A DNA stretch of 59,138 nt, filler included, from Streblomastix strix (Eukaryota): NCBI GenBank assembly GCA_008636045.1. It is 3 parts of 3 records of this genome, joined end to end, with 100 filler letters (N's around TTAATTAATTAA, not from the genome) between each part and the next. Parts side by side here need not be neighbours in the genome. Positions count along the whole stretch, not along the records: positions 19,756 to 39,405 come from SNRW01000498.1; positions 39,506 to 59,138 come from SNRW01000500.1; 1 more part is not named here. One strand, 5' to 3'. Made by a program: the position numbers and the translations under genes. Positions 38,088-52,100 of the stretch are shown one piece after another (within the stretch, counting starts at the first letter, position 1; every line of letters starts with the position of its first letter). The notes below the pieces were generated by a model. The model was not told the origin of the DNA and searched no databases. It saw only the letters and a list, made by a program, of their open reading frames with translations.

Positions 38088-38696
38088 TCAGTCAAGATGC
38101 ATTATCTTCTTGTATTTATTCAATGAAATTATCCTTGATATATCATGAATATCAGTAATTGTTGTATGTAGTGTATTGCCAATTTTATCACTAAGATATA
38201 GCTTTCTATATTGTAAACCATTGAAGAAATAGAAATTATTGTCGTGATAATACAAATTTTCAAATTAGTGTCCATTGTATTCATTAATAGTAATAGCTTT
38301 ATCATCAATTGTATCAAGATATTCATATTTGTGACTCTTAATTTTAGCTTTATTCTTATTATTATCACTGGTAGTGCACCATCGCAAGTTTGAAACTCTG
38401 TTATCTTTACTATTCCTGTTTTTATGGTCGACTACATAGTATATGTATGGATTCGGATTAGGAATGTATTACAATGCAACAAGTTTATGAATGAATTCAT
38501 TTCTTTCTTTAATATGTACTTGATAATATTGATTATGTAAAGCGATTCTAGGTTCGAATTTATCACGTACTCTTCTTATTCGCCAAGGTTATACATCATC
38601 ATCATCATCAAACCGAATTTCAAAGTCATTATCATATTTCAATATTTACCATTTATCAATATTAGTTTATTCAGTTTATTGAGCTTATTCACTCAT
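38088..38696 (-). CDS. HNH endonuclease paralogue, 202 aa
   Basis: IHKLVALQYIPNPNPYIYYVVDHKNRNSKDNRVSNLRWCTTSDN in an intact frame. Shares ~65 bp of upstream sequence with the neighbouring copy. Confidence 0.9.
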
Positions 38697-39166
38697 TATT
38701 TTTGTAAAAGTTTTAATAGCTTATTTCTATAAGAAATCAATTATAATGAAAAAATAATCATAAAAGTATATGATTTTAATCAAGTCCAACCGATAAATAA
38801 ATTCCAATAAATAATAATTATAATGTAATAATTACTCTTTAGAGAATACATATGATAATTAATAAAAATAACATATTAAAACTTCATCCATATATGAATT
38901 TGCCAATGCAAAAACAATAAATGATAAGAGAGAAAACAAACTGAAAATATTATCAGTTTTGCAATAGTCCAGCTAAGATACAATTGAATTGTATAACCTT
39001 AATACTTCTTAATGAGAAATATACTGAGAAATCTCAAGATATAACGAAAAACTCATATAGATTACTTAGCTTCATCTAATTTTGTGGGGAAATTAGACGT
39101 TGTAATAAGTAATTTACATGTGTTAAATAGTAATAATAGTAATTTACATGTATTCATATTATAGCA

Positions 39167-39405
39167 TCACTCATTAATTACATCTCCTTCCTAATTATTT
39201 GGTATTATTTTTAGATTATACGCCGCTTAAGCGGCTTAACCACGAAGTGGGTATATTTCATCATCATCATCACTATTGATTTCATTATCTTCCTCTTTCA
39301 TTGATTCATAATCTTAAATTAATCCTGGTTTTAATTTGTAATAACCAATCTTCTTTGCACAATTACTTTTAGGAGCATTTTTACGTTCATAATCGCAAAT
39401 AGCTT
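39167..39405 (-). CDS. Probable C-terminus of a primase-helicase (partial)
   Basis: GYYKLKPGLIQDYESMKEEDNEINSD resembles IYKLNEDLIKFYERLRDEDQSINED at the end of the 4616-7073 gene, with the same strand and position relative to the element end. Confidence 0.45.
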
Positions 39406-39505
39406 NNNNNNNNNNNNNNNNNNNNNNNNNNNNNNNNNNNNNNNNNNNNTTAATTAATTAANNNNNNNNNNNNNNNNNNNNNNNNNNNNNNNNNNNNNNN
39501 NNNNN
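39406..39505. other. Artificial contig spacer
   Basis: 44 N + TTAATTAATTAA + 44 N. Confidence 0.97.
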
Positions 39506-42427
39506 ATTTCCATCTGATATTGAGTCTGATTTCTAAAAAGTTTTCCCTTCTTCATTCTTAATATTATCATCTTTACTTTCATTCTCTTTCTGATCTTATT
39601 ATTCATTCAAATGATCAGCTTCATCAACCCATAATTTATCTTATTCTTTTTCATCTTCATTCTTCATTAGATCAATTTTATTCTCTTATTCCATCAAATC
39701 AGCTTCTCCCAACATCTCAATGGCTAATCTATCATCTCCATAAAGATCTCTCATTAGAACTGAATATTATCTGAGAATATTTGGGTTTTCTGAATGAGCT
39801 ATTAGTAGTGTGTTGTATTATTCTTATGCTAATCTGGCATTCTATGATGCTATTCGTATGTGATGTTCAACTTTATCAACATCTACTGAACGTCTTGTAA
39901 GCAAACTCCAAACGCGGGTTAAATGTGCTTTTGATATCTCATATTATTTAAAAGCTTATTAAAGTTAGAAATTGATTGAACGTTATTTAGAATCAATTAT
40001 TCCAGAATTAAAAGCTGAACTTTTATTACCTCCACTTTCAGATATTCCGTTTTATTTTTGATTAATTCCTTTCCCCGATTCCATCGATTCTTCAGCTTAT
40101 CTCATCAATCTATAAACAACCCATCGTGATGTCCATCCTGGGAAGTATTCACATGCTTTCTATAAGTGTGCAAGTAATTTCAACTACATTGCTGGTCTGA
40201 AGTCTTATAAGAAGAATGCATATGCTATATGTAACTCAGCACTATGAATAAATTCTTCTTTGTGGAGAAATGACGCATAAAGTGAATCTGTGAACTTGAG
40301 AACATCCTAACTAGCAGCAAGTGATTCATTTTATAAATACATTAAGGATTAATCTAAATCTAAAACAGTTTTATATGGTTTAAGAACTGATTTATTCAGT
40401 TGTATATTTGGTTTAAGAGGATATGTGGCCATCAGAAGTTCAGGATGTGATGAAAGATCAGGTGCCCAGACATATGTTGGATAATCATTCACATAAGTGA
40501 TCTCAAAACTATCTCGTGGAATATCTGCCCATGTTTTTGATAGAGAAGATCCATCATTTTTAAGAGAAAGAGATTTTTCTGAAGATTATCCCAAAGTACT
40601 TTACTAACTTAATGGAAGCATAGGTGATCCTAAATGTGAATGAACTGAATGATCTCCTAAATGGTGTGGTGTTATACTCCCACTATGATGATAATGTTCA
40701 TGTTCATGAAAGTGTTTTACAGAATGATGTCCATGTGAATGATCACCATTATGATGTTTTGGAAGATGTTGATTCACATCATGTTCTTTAGTTAACATTC
40801 TTATTGTATGCTTCTATGCACCTAAATGCTAATGGATTTATTCTGGCTCTTCTTCCAATACTGGATTCAATATATATCCAATTTCTTCTCCTTCTCCCAT
40901 CATTACACTGAATCCAATTGTTATTTCTTTCAATTTAATTTTCTTATTCTTTTTATTTGTTATTTTTGAAGTAGTTTCAGATTAATTTAGAGAAGTCTTA
41001 ACTGATATATTGGTAACAGTTGATCTGATTGATGAAGTTCCTTAATAAGATCTTGGAGTCTAAGGTATTGCTGAGTTTGATGTTATTTATTCTCCAAGTA
41101 TCTTCTTCTTCAAATTGAAAACTTCCTTATTCAATTCAGCTGAATTTGAAGGTTTTGTTTCTCTTAAAATAGTAACAGGTTTAATGGCCCATTAATTCTG
41201 AGATGCCCTTTCAACAAATATGTATGCTGCAAATGCAGATATAACTACTATTATTATAATTGATAAGTAGAATATAATATTAGCCAGTACTTTCAATCCA
41301 ATACTACCCATTGAACTCAAAGCATTCAGGGGTGTTAGAATTAAACTGACAATGCCACCAGATGCTGAAATCCATAAACAAACCGCAGTTAATTGATTTC
41401 CACTAATCATCTTGTATGGAGGTTTAATAATAACATATAATCCATAAAGTCCATATATAATAATATGAATAATAGCTGAATATAGTGGATTTTCTTCAAC
41501 TAAGATTGTTTGAATAACATTATTCAAATTCTGCACAACAAGTAACCAACCATTGAAGATTCCATCACGACTTGCTACAATGAATTTTGTATGCATTAAT
41601 GGCTCATATAAAAATAGTCTTACAATGAATGAGAAAATTAATGCCATGATCATGATTATTATTCCAATAATTGCTTCTGCTTAATTAAACTTAGGATTGC
41701 AATATTCACCGAATACTTTATCCAAATGAATTATGCAGTTCAAAGGTCGTGTCATTATGTTGTACATTACTCCAGGAGATATGAAGAGTGTGATCCAAAT
41801 CAACTGTTATGAGAAAGATTGCAGATCTTCTGGGACTTTCTTTTCTTTCTTATTAAAAGCAGTCATAATGAAGCCTATGAAGACTGTAGAAAAGAACATG
41901 AGTGAAAAGAGGATGAAGAAAACAACAAGCGTTGTGTTGGATGGTAAGTAGAAAGATGGGTCAAAATAAAGTCTGGAAAAGTTAATTCAAACAAAAAGCA
42001 GTAAGATAAGGATTAAATTTTGGAAAAAATAATATTTCTTACCCGATCTTCTTCAACACAGTCTAGAATCCGATGCTTGTTATATCAGAACGTTTAAGTG
42101 GTTAAAAGAACCCCTAGAAAGTCTGAAGACTAAGTAGTATTCCAAGATTTGTACTAGAATTCTTGGCTTCATGCTGTACATCATATTTTTATTAAAAAAA
42201 AAATAATAATCATAAATATTTCACACCATTTTAAACGAATATATGTACTGGAACAATCTATTTAAATATATGTATAATAAAAAATGTAAATTAAACAGTA
42301 GTTCAACAGCAAACTGGTCGTCGAAATTGGTAAAGCGCGCTTAGGCCATAGATGTTTCAAGCGTATTTGTTTGCGAGTTAAGAATTAAAGTTGACTAAAT
42401 AGAACGAGTATCATCATCTTTCGACAT
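39506..42427 (-). CDS. Multi-pass membrane protein, TmcB/TmcC-like, 3' partial
   Basis: Hydrophobic segments at ~41200-41950, a His-rich linker, then a helical region (LHIAYAFFLQDF, SRWVVYRL, AHLTRVWSLL). Short GT-AG intron near 41975-42042. Family assignment is by pattern only. Confidence 0.55.
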
Positions 42428-43199
42428 TGAATATCTAGGAAATAATGAAAATTTAGCAAAAACATGAAAAAGAGAAATAAAAATGTAATCTATCATAATA
42501 TTAGTAATTTTCTTATAATATAATTAAATTAACGAATTTAAATTTTTAAAATGCTATAAATTAAGATATTTAACCTTGTCCTAACGTGAGAAAATTGCCT
42601 ATTCAATTTCCAAATAAAACTTTTTATTCGGATAATTTCCCCTGAGAAGCCGAAATAACATGTTTAATAATCAGAAAGAAGGATTGTATATATCCACCTT
42701 TATTATATTCTCTCTCCGACAGTATTCTATTCAAGAAGACTAAGAGTGATAGACATCAGTTCTAACTGTGTAGCTGAAATATACATGTTAATAACTCAAT
42801 AATATAATACATTATAGGAAAGATCAAGTTAATAAATATTTGATAATATTAATTAATTACAATATTAATAAATTAATAAAAATATATATTAAATTAATAA
42901 ATCTTTTATTTTTCATTTTTATTAGAAGCAATTGTAATTGCTATAAAAGAAGAATAAGCAAAGAAGACTAATAATGCAATTTAAATATAATTTTTGAATA
43001 TATCAAAAATTCAGAATACTTAAATCGCTAATTATAAAAATAAAGAATCACATAAGAAATATATTTAAATTGATGGAGTTAATGAAAAAAATTATTTCAT
43101 ATAAAAATAAAAAGTTAAATATAATAACAGTTTTTATATGAAATAAAATTTTGGCTATTTCATTATATTCCTTTTTAAAAATTAATCAATTATAAAATG

Positions 43200-46100
43200 T
43201 CACAGATATTCTTTCGGAAGTTTCAAAAGTCTGTCTTACAATATTGCTCGTTGAATGTTGCTAAGCGGAATAGGATGTTCAAGTGTATCATTAGTTAGAG
43301 TTTTAAGAATCTCATTCTTTTTCTGAAATTGTGGACTCATTTATTCTTATAATTGAATCATTGTAGGTTAATGAATTGTGAGTTCAGTGTTACTAGTTGT
43401 GATCTCAGGGTATATATATGTTGATAATGATTTGACTCTGCCTTTCAGAAATGACATTTGTGGTGTTGAAATAATTGTAGAAGATTAATCGGAAATATTG
43501 TTGGGATATGAATTAGCTTCATTGATATCTAATTATAATTGGTTGAATCTCTTCTTTACTTCATCATCCTGCTCTTTATTTCTAATTTCCTTTAATAAAT
43601 TAATTAGATTCTTCTTTCTTTCTTCATTCTCATGTTGTTTGAATAGATGTTTTTATAATTAATCTTTTTCCTTTTCATATTAGAAAATTTAAATTTATTC
43701 TTTTTCTTCAACTGGACTTTGTTATAAATTGAGTAATTTACGAACTCTTTCTCTTTCACTCAATTTCCATCTTTATCTCACATCTCCTTCAACACCCATC
43801 ATAGTAATCGCTTTTCTGATCTAAAAAGGTTCTAATGTTTTCCAGCGAAAATTCTCGCATTGAAGAGGATGAGGTGAAATCCCATACAAAATCTATGTAT
43901 TCTAATATCTGCCAAATCTCAAAGGGAATATTGGAGCGTGATATCTCATGACTGAATGTTGAGGTGCTGTTGCGAGTGTTCCAGATTCAGCCAATTCTTC
44001 TTCAATTTCCATCTGAACGTATTTACGATATTTATTCGCTTCAAACTCATCGTAATGTGGGAATATCTTTGCTTGTGGGTTTGTCCAAACTTGTCTGCAA
44101 TTAACTGCACTCACTGAACTAGAAAAAGTTCTCATTCCAAGATCTCTATAAGGCGTCTAATCATAACGAACTGGAACTGAACAAGAAATACATCCATGTT
44201 GAGAGAGAAGAACAAATGGTTTAACTGCTGGTAGGCATTACATACTAGAATAATCTGTTGATGAACATGCTGACATTAGAATTACATTATGCATCCAGTT
44301 GTTAATTTGATGTATAAGTGCTTGATCTTCATTCTTTGTTATATTTTATCCTTCAAATTATTATTAATTTTGATTCTTATCAAATTCATTACGATGTATC
44401 TAATTAATGAGTGAAATAGCATCTGACAATGATGTCTAAATCATTCCTTTTTTATCTTATGGTTCAGATACAAGATCAAATGTTAATGCTGAGAACGCAG
44501 CAAGTTAATATTTGGGTCGGTGGATTTCCTTATTAACATTATTAAGTTAATGATAATAAAGGCCATCAATTCCTCCAAAAAAAGAATATTAACCAAAAGT
44601 ACTTGGAACAACAAAAGAAATACCATTGGTTGTTGGAATTGTAGATGATGCTAATATATTAAACATGAATCTTTCGCTTCCATCATTGGTCTTGAAATAT
44701 TCTTATTCCTCTTCATCAAGTTTCTGTTTATCTTCAAAAACAAGGCCATTATATATTTTTATATCAAAGGGATATTTTTTCAACTCATTAGATATTCGCT
44801 TGAATCTTAATTGGAAGTAGGGATGCTTAACATTTGGAATAAGAGAATAGATAAACACATTTCTATCAGAAATAACACAGAAGTCATGTTCACCAAGTAT
44901 TTGAGCATCAAGCACTAGTGAGGGAGTGTATCTTAAAGCAACAATATAACCATTCGCTCCAACAGTTGATACACATTTTAAAGTTTAATTTGAAGTTATG
45001 TTAATTTTTGGAGATGCATGATAGGCAAAGAGAATATCTTGTTGCATCTTTGTTAACTTCTTACCATATTTTTCCAACAATTTCTGATAATATTTAATCA
45101 TGTTTGCTGCGTGAGATAATGAGCTGAGAAAATTTTATTCAAATAATTATTAATTATTAAAGCTTTTTAACTTATTGAAGTTTTCTTTTTCTAGTTATTA
45201 TGACTAAGAAAATTTATTAGTATCTGTTTATACAGAATTAATAAATACTTATGAGATAGCTTCCTGATGAATATGTGGATATTTTTTTAATGAAACTGCA
45301 ATTTAATTTAAATAATTATTATCTTTTTATTATTTCATCAATTATTTATCTTTCATATTTTTCTTATTATATATTTTTCCTTTTTCTTTTTCTTTTTTAT
45401 TTTATTTTTTTCTTGATTTATCATTTATCTTTATTTGATATTCTAATTTATCATCTTTATCTTAAATATTCTTTTGATTGATTTTATTTTTATTTTTTAA
45501 ATTTCTATAACTCATTTGTTTTTATTCATTAGAATAATATTTTTAATTTTGTAGTGAAAATTCTTAAATTCTATTAAAAATACAATTATGTTTCTATAAT
45601 TTCACTTCTTATTCAAACATAACTGGGTTTTTTATATTAAATTGCACATCAGCTACTGCAAAGCAACTTGGTGCAAATGAAACTAATATTCTTTAGCAGA
45701 GAAGGAAAAGCATATAATATGGCTTTAGAATCTAATGAATCATAAGTACTGGCTCAATTAATTTGGAATAATGATTATGCCAGAGCTGAATAATATTTGT
45801 TTAATAAATTGAGGAAACTGATGTTATTGGAGATGGCAATTCCATAAAGAACTACATTTACATATAGATTGGAGAACTTCTAAATGCATGATAGAGGTCT
45901 AACCATTTCTAATAATCTATGTTATTATTGAATTAATTATTGCTTTTATCTGGTCATTTAATTTATTATGCTATATTTCTAATTGATCTAACTTCATTAA
46001 TTTCATAATGATAAGGTAGAATTGATGATATTATTTCATGTTTCTTATTCTCTCTAGAGAAATATGGCACAGTACATGAGCAAAAGTCGTAAGTAGAGCT

Positions 46101-49100
46101 AATTGTAGATTATTAATCTTCAATTATATCTTAATTCATTCCTTTTTCATTTTTATTTAATATTTATTGTCTTTTCTGGTTATTATTCCAAATATCACTA
46201 TCCTGAAGAGTAAATAACATAAGTGCTTTCCCATTTAATACATATAAAATATTTGTTTTTGAATATAATCCTTAAACTCCTCCTAATATTCTTATTCTCT
46301 TTAACAAAACAAATTAAAGATGTCCAATATCAATTTCATTGTTGGGATTTGATATTTAAAGCTAATTTTCCTCCTTGTATATTTCCTCAATTAATTGTTA
46401 TCTATTTTCTTCATCTTTTTCATTTTTAATGTCTAAACATCCTTTTTCTTTCAAAAATTAAGCAACATGTTAAATTTATTTTTCAGGATTGTCCCTAATA
46501 ACTTCAAATAAGAAAATATCTGTGAATATTGGAGGGCAAGATATTATTTTATTTTCTTCATCTTCCAATGTTTAATTTTAAGATTTTTCTTCTATAAATT
46601 GTTATTATTTATCAACTTCTCTACCAGCAACACAAACTAATGTCCTCGCATATCTTTCATCCATTTCAGTTGCACTTATATTGCTTCCAAACTTGGTGAG
46701 TTCTTAATCTTAACACTCTTTTAATTATAAATTATCCCAAAGATTCAAAACACTTAATTACTATTATTTATAAATATGTTGAGGTTCACGCTTTAAAACC
46801 ACAAAGCTAGTCATTGAATGAAAAATATAATTATTAATCAATTTCTGATTTTTTCTTTAGTTGATTTCATCATTTTATTCATATTTGCCAATTAAATTTT
46901 CTTCTTACTGGTTATCAGATTCATGGTAATAATTTTCATTCAATTTGTTGATATTTGTGTTTCTACAAAAATTATTTAATTCATTTCCTTGAAATATTGT
47001 TAAATCATTAAGTGATAATCTTCCAACACATTGCATCATATCTGCTTCATCAAATAAAAGAATAACATATTAAGGAGTTGGAAACTTATTGTTTTTTTTA
47101 ATCAATACTTTTTTATTCATATAATTATGCAAATGATGTTTTTTGTATGAATGATTCTTATTACCATTTTATTTTTATTCATCTATTTCATAAGTTGAAA
47201 GATTCTAATGTTATATATCTGATGATGAATCAAAAGAATTTGATTGAGTTTCACTAATTTGTTCAGATGAAGAAAAATTGGATAATTATGATTACTTTGA
47301 TGGTTAAGATGGTTCAATTTATTAAGTAAATTATTCTTCATATTATTGAGTATTTAAAAGAAAATTATCCTTAATTCCTTTGTTTTCTCTCAATTTCTAA
47401 TTTGAAATTTTGATAATCTTATTTTATTCACATTCATTTTTCTTTTTCTACAAATAAGTCTAAATTCCTGCTTTAGTATAATTAGAAGGAAAAGAGTCAA
47501 TAAAATTTGTTCTTGGACTGTATGATAATGAACTTTCTGTATTAGTTTACATATTAAATTTGTTAATCGAACTAAAATAATTGTGGAATGCGGAATGTTT
47601 CCCAGCATTATGATCTGCAGCAACATCGGTAAATGGATATTAATTTACATCTATTGAATCAACCTTGGTTTATTCAATGGCCATATCAATGGATATTGTT
47701 TTATTAAAATTGTTATTAATGAATGATTGTTTATCTGATGAATGTTAATCAGTGCTTGTATTGTTCAATTGTTTGTTTCTATTAGTTAGCATATTATTAT
47801 ATTATTTTATAAGTTCTCTAAAAGCACAAGGATGTGGTATTTTCAAAGATGTCGAACATGAATCAGAAGATTAGTTTAAAACATCTGTGAAAACCCAATG
47901 AAGTTTCTTTTACATTTCATTTTTCTATTTATACTAATTTTTCGATTTGATTTAAATTATTTATTAGCTGCATTATTCTACTTAATTGGATTCAATTTAT
48001 GATGTTTTATCAAAACTTTATTCTGTTTTAAATTAAGAATTATTATCATTATTCAAATTTTCAGATGTGTTATTTGTATTGTCTTAAAGTTCAGTATCTA
48101 CATTTATATATTTGTATTCTTCTCTGAATAATACAGCAAGAGCATGAAGAGAAGGCAAATGACTAATTGCAATTGGAACTGAAGGCAACTATTAAATTTA
48201 TTTATTTATTTTTTGTTGTTTAGATATTACTCCAAATGATAAATGTGAATTATTTTCGTTTCCAATCCAAGCAATGGTTGGATCAGGTATTCTTATTTCT
48301 TATTAATTGCTTCTTGAAGTATCTAATTAATCTCTTTCAAAATCATATGAAGAAGATATGTCTGATGACGATGTGAGTGATGCAGAATCTTAATTATCTA
48401 TTTTTTACATTAATTCAAACTTTTCTGAGATTTTCTATATTTCCATTTTCTATTTCAGTTAATGTTATAATTACATCAATTTCTGTTAGTATTTTTTTAA
48501 CTTCTTTGAATGCTTTATTGCTTTGTCATTCAATGATAATCCAACAGGAACAATATTCCTTATTCCTCCGTTGATAAATAAAGACAGCCAAACTGTTTGT
48601 CCTAAATACGGATCAAATCTAACAGCATAAGTTCTTTCTCCTTTAATTATTACTCGTCTATTGTCTTCTGAGATTAAAACAGGAGATCTTCCTAAGTCCA
48701 TTATTTATGGTTCTGGAGGAAATGTGAATAGTTCATGAATAGAATTTTATAATTTCTATTCTCTAGGTTGCATTCCAATCTTTAATGCATCTAAAGCGGA
48801 TTAATATCTATGTGGAGGAACTTCCAACATAAGAGCAGCAATTGGGATTACTACTGATTCAACAATACCAAATTGACCACCAACAAGTAATAAAGCTCCT
48901 TCATGTGCTTTATATTTCTAATCCTTTCTGATAAAATTCGATTTTCCTTACGATGGTTATTATTATGATTCTTAATTGAATTATTTTTTGGTTTTATTTT
49001 GTTTCTTGTTTTATGAATAAGAAGATTATTCACCATTCAAACTCATTCCAAATAAAGCTTCATTTGGCATAATATCTTCTTCTGGTCCTAATCTTTTAAC

Positions 49101-52100
49101 TGATCTTTCTAAAGTAGTCAATAAACATGATGAAGCTGGATTATTCAATTTCATATCAATGATTGGAGTAACAGTTAATTATTAACAATGGAAATTCAAT
49201 AAGAATTAATTATCTTCCTTATTTAATTAAATAAATTACTAATTTGGAGGAACTTTATAATTTAGTTCTGGAAATTACAAAACATTGAATATATTTCTTT
49301 ATGTCTATTGATTTTTAGGATCATTAGCAAACTCCCAAATCTTTTTATTCTATTTCTAGAATTCAATGTCTTCTTCAATGATGCTTAATCTGAATATTCT
49401 TGCCCTGCTTGGATCTTTTGTGCAAATAACAAAGTATTAATTCCCACAAATCGTTGCAGCAGATAGAGCAGTAATATCAGAAGTTAATTTGAGTGTACAA
49501 ACAACTTGTAAATGTATAGATAGATTAAGTTCTTATTGTTCATGAAAATATAGCCTGTCTTTTACGTTATTATTATGTTCAGCTTTTATCGATCCATATT
49601 ATATAGAATCCTAATAAGCCAATAGTGAAAATCTTAAAGCGTTGTTCATTAATAATGATTACTTCTTCTAAGTTAATAAAATTGGTAATGCAGGATGCCA
49701 TAATAGCACATATACAACACTCTTATGTGAAACAACAACAATATTATCACTAACTGCTACCTGATCAATAGTAACTTATCTTGAAGGCATTTATGATACC
49801 TATTTTGCAATATCTTCTACTTTAATCTTACCTTCACTCACTAATTAACATTCTTCTTTTGTAAACCAAGATGGAATTTTCCATTTGGTTCCTGGAATTG
49901 CTTTGCTTTTCATTGAAGAAGCTTTGATGATAATTGTTCTCGAAGACTGTTTTATTGGGAATCGAGGAAGATTTGTAGTGTAATTTAAAGATCCATTTTT
50001 CTAATTTGTACTATTTTATTCCATGCGTATATTTCTTTAATCAACAAAGAATTAATCAAATGTTAAAGTTGGATTTAATAACGAAGAGATATCAGACTAC
50101 TAATATGATTCACATGATTCTTTATCTTCAATTTATTAATTTGTTTAATCTAACTTTACATCATTTGTTTATATTATTTATATTGGCTATGTTTGATATT
50201 ATGATTCAGTAGAGGATAATTAATACTAAGAGTTTGAATTAGAATAAGATGAAGAAGGTGATGGTGAAGTACTTGATGAGATTACAGATGAACTTGTTTA
50301 TGATGAAGTTGTATCTGATGATTATGTATATGAATCAGTGGATGACTATGAAGATATTCCACTTGTATTAGAGGAAGAATTTTAAGATTATTGCTATAAG
50401 AATTATAAAGACAATTTATTCCGACTTTCTTTATCAATATTTAACACGAGCGTTCCTGCTTTAATACTATTCTGGTATAATCCTTCTTCGTCGTCTACTT
50501 ATTTAAACTCACCTTTGTAATTCAATGTACATATTATTGAAATATCATTCTCTGATATAATTGCAACAGCACCTTGCAATTCATGAAATGCAATAATCTT
50601 CTTGTTTTATTCAATTCCAAATATTTAAGGATCAAGTTAAGCAATTCTTTTATCGCCAAATTAGTAGAGCGTTGTAGAATAAGATTTCTATATTGAATTC
50701 TTAGTCAAATTGAAGTTTGAATTATCATTCACTTAGTTATTTATAAATGAATTATTATTAGATTAAGGAAATTAAGAATTTTCATCTGAATGCATGATTG
50801 GTGATGAATCATATAATAAATTGTTTGAATCTGGAAATATTGAACTTGTCTGTTCAACAGTAACTATTGGAAATTCTGGATTAGAAGAGTAGTAAGGATT
50901 ATTTGGTGTTGATTAATATTGAGTTGCATTAGTAAAAACATTCACAAGTTATTTAGATTATTTAGATAAATAATTAGTTTTATTTTCTGATTGAACTATT
51001 AGAAATTCTCGATTTCCTTTTCCAGCATAAAACTATGAGCTGAAAAGTTTCGTGTTTTCATTACAATTGCAATCATCATGAATTATCTCAACAAGTCTAT
51101 GACCAATTGAAACAAGTTATAGCTCGCCTCTACCAGTTATTCCATGAGCAACTCCAAATGCCATTCGATCTTCTTGTATTTTATGCAGATTGCGCCATTT
51201 TGGTGGAATGGTGATAACATTTTGTATATTTCCATTTGGAAGACAGAAATCATCGTCATCATCAACTTCTTTAATTATTCCTGTTTCAAGATACATCAGA
51301 ATTGGAAACCCACTTGTTGTTGTTACAACAGCAGTTGTGTGTTTGATTGGTTTTACTAATCCCTGTTTTAATTTATCTGATTTGAATTTATTACTTATGG
51401 GTTGTATTATTATAATGTCATTAATACATTTGGTTTCATAATGTTATTATTGTATTTATCCATTTTGAATTGTAAGAATATCTTTTCCTCCTCCAAGAAG
51501 AAGTTTATGAATAAATTATAAAGGTTTATTTTATTACGGAGATAATATGGATATATGTTGACTTTATTGTATTTAGTAATTTAATTATTATTATTCAAAT
51601 TATAATTCATTTCTATCTTCAACAAAAACATGGCAGAATACAAAAGGAGGAATTGGAAGTGCATTTGGAAATGGGAATATATAAGCTTTACTAATTGATT
51701 ATTAGAGAATGATTGCCTTTGATGAAGCGAGAATATATGGAATAAATGATGAATGAGTAGAATGATTTTGATTTATTTGAATTGAGAGCATTTCTGATTT
51801 AGATCTTTTGTAATGTATGAGTTTCTGAAGTTTCTTCACAATAGTAATTGTCTCTTATTCTTATGTATCAATGTCAGTCTATTATCCTTTTAATGCGACA
51901 AGCAAATCATAATCTTTCATATTATCAAATTATTCAACTTCAACTTATTCTGCTCCTTTTAGTGTTTAATGAGCAATTTCATTAGCTAATTAATTCGAAT
52001 CTTAGTTTTATTCATTACTAATAACAATGATTCTTGATGAAGAACTTGGTATTCCAATCATAACAAATGGTCCTAATTTCATTGTCTATTTGGCGAAATC

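Larger units (their letters stand above)
36552..39405. mobile_element. Left end of a second Polinton-like element (element 2), cut by the gap
   Basis: Starts with AGTAGT exactly where the retroelement homology stops. Terminal fold-back, two HNH genes and a primase-helicase-like C-terminus at the contig end. Confidence 0.7.
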
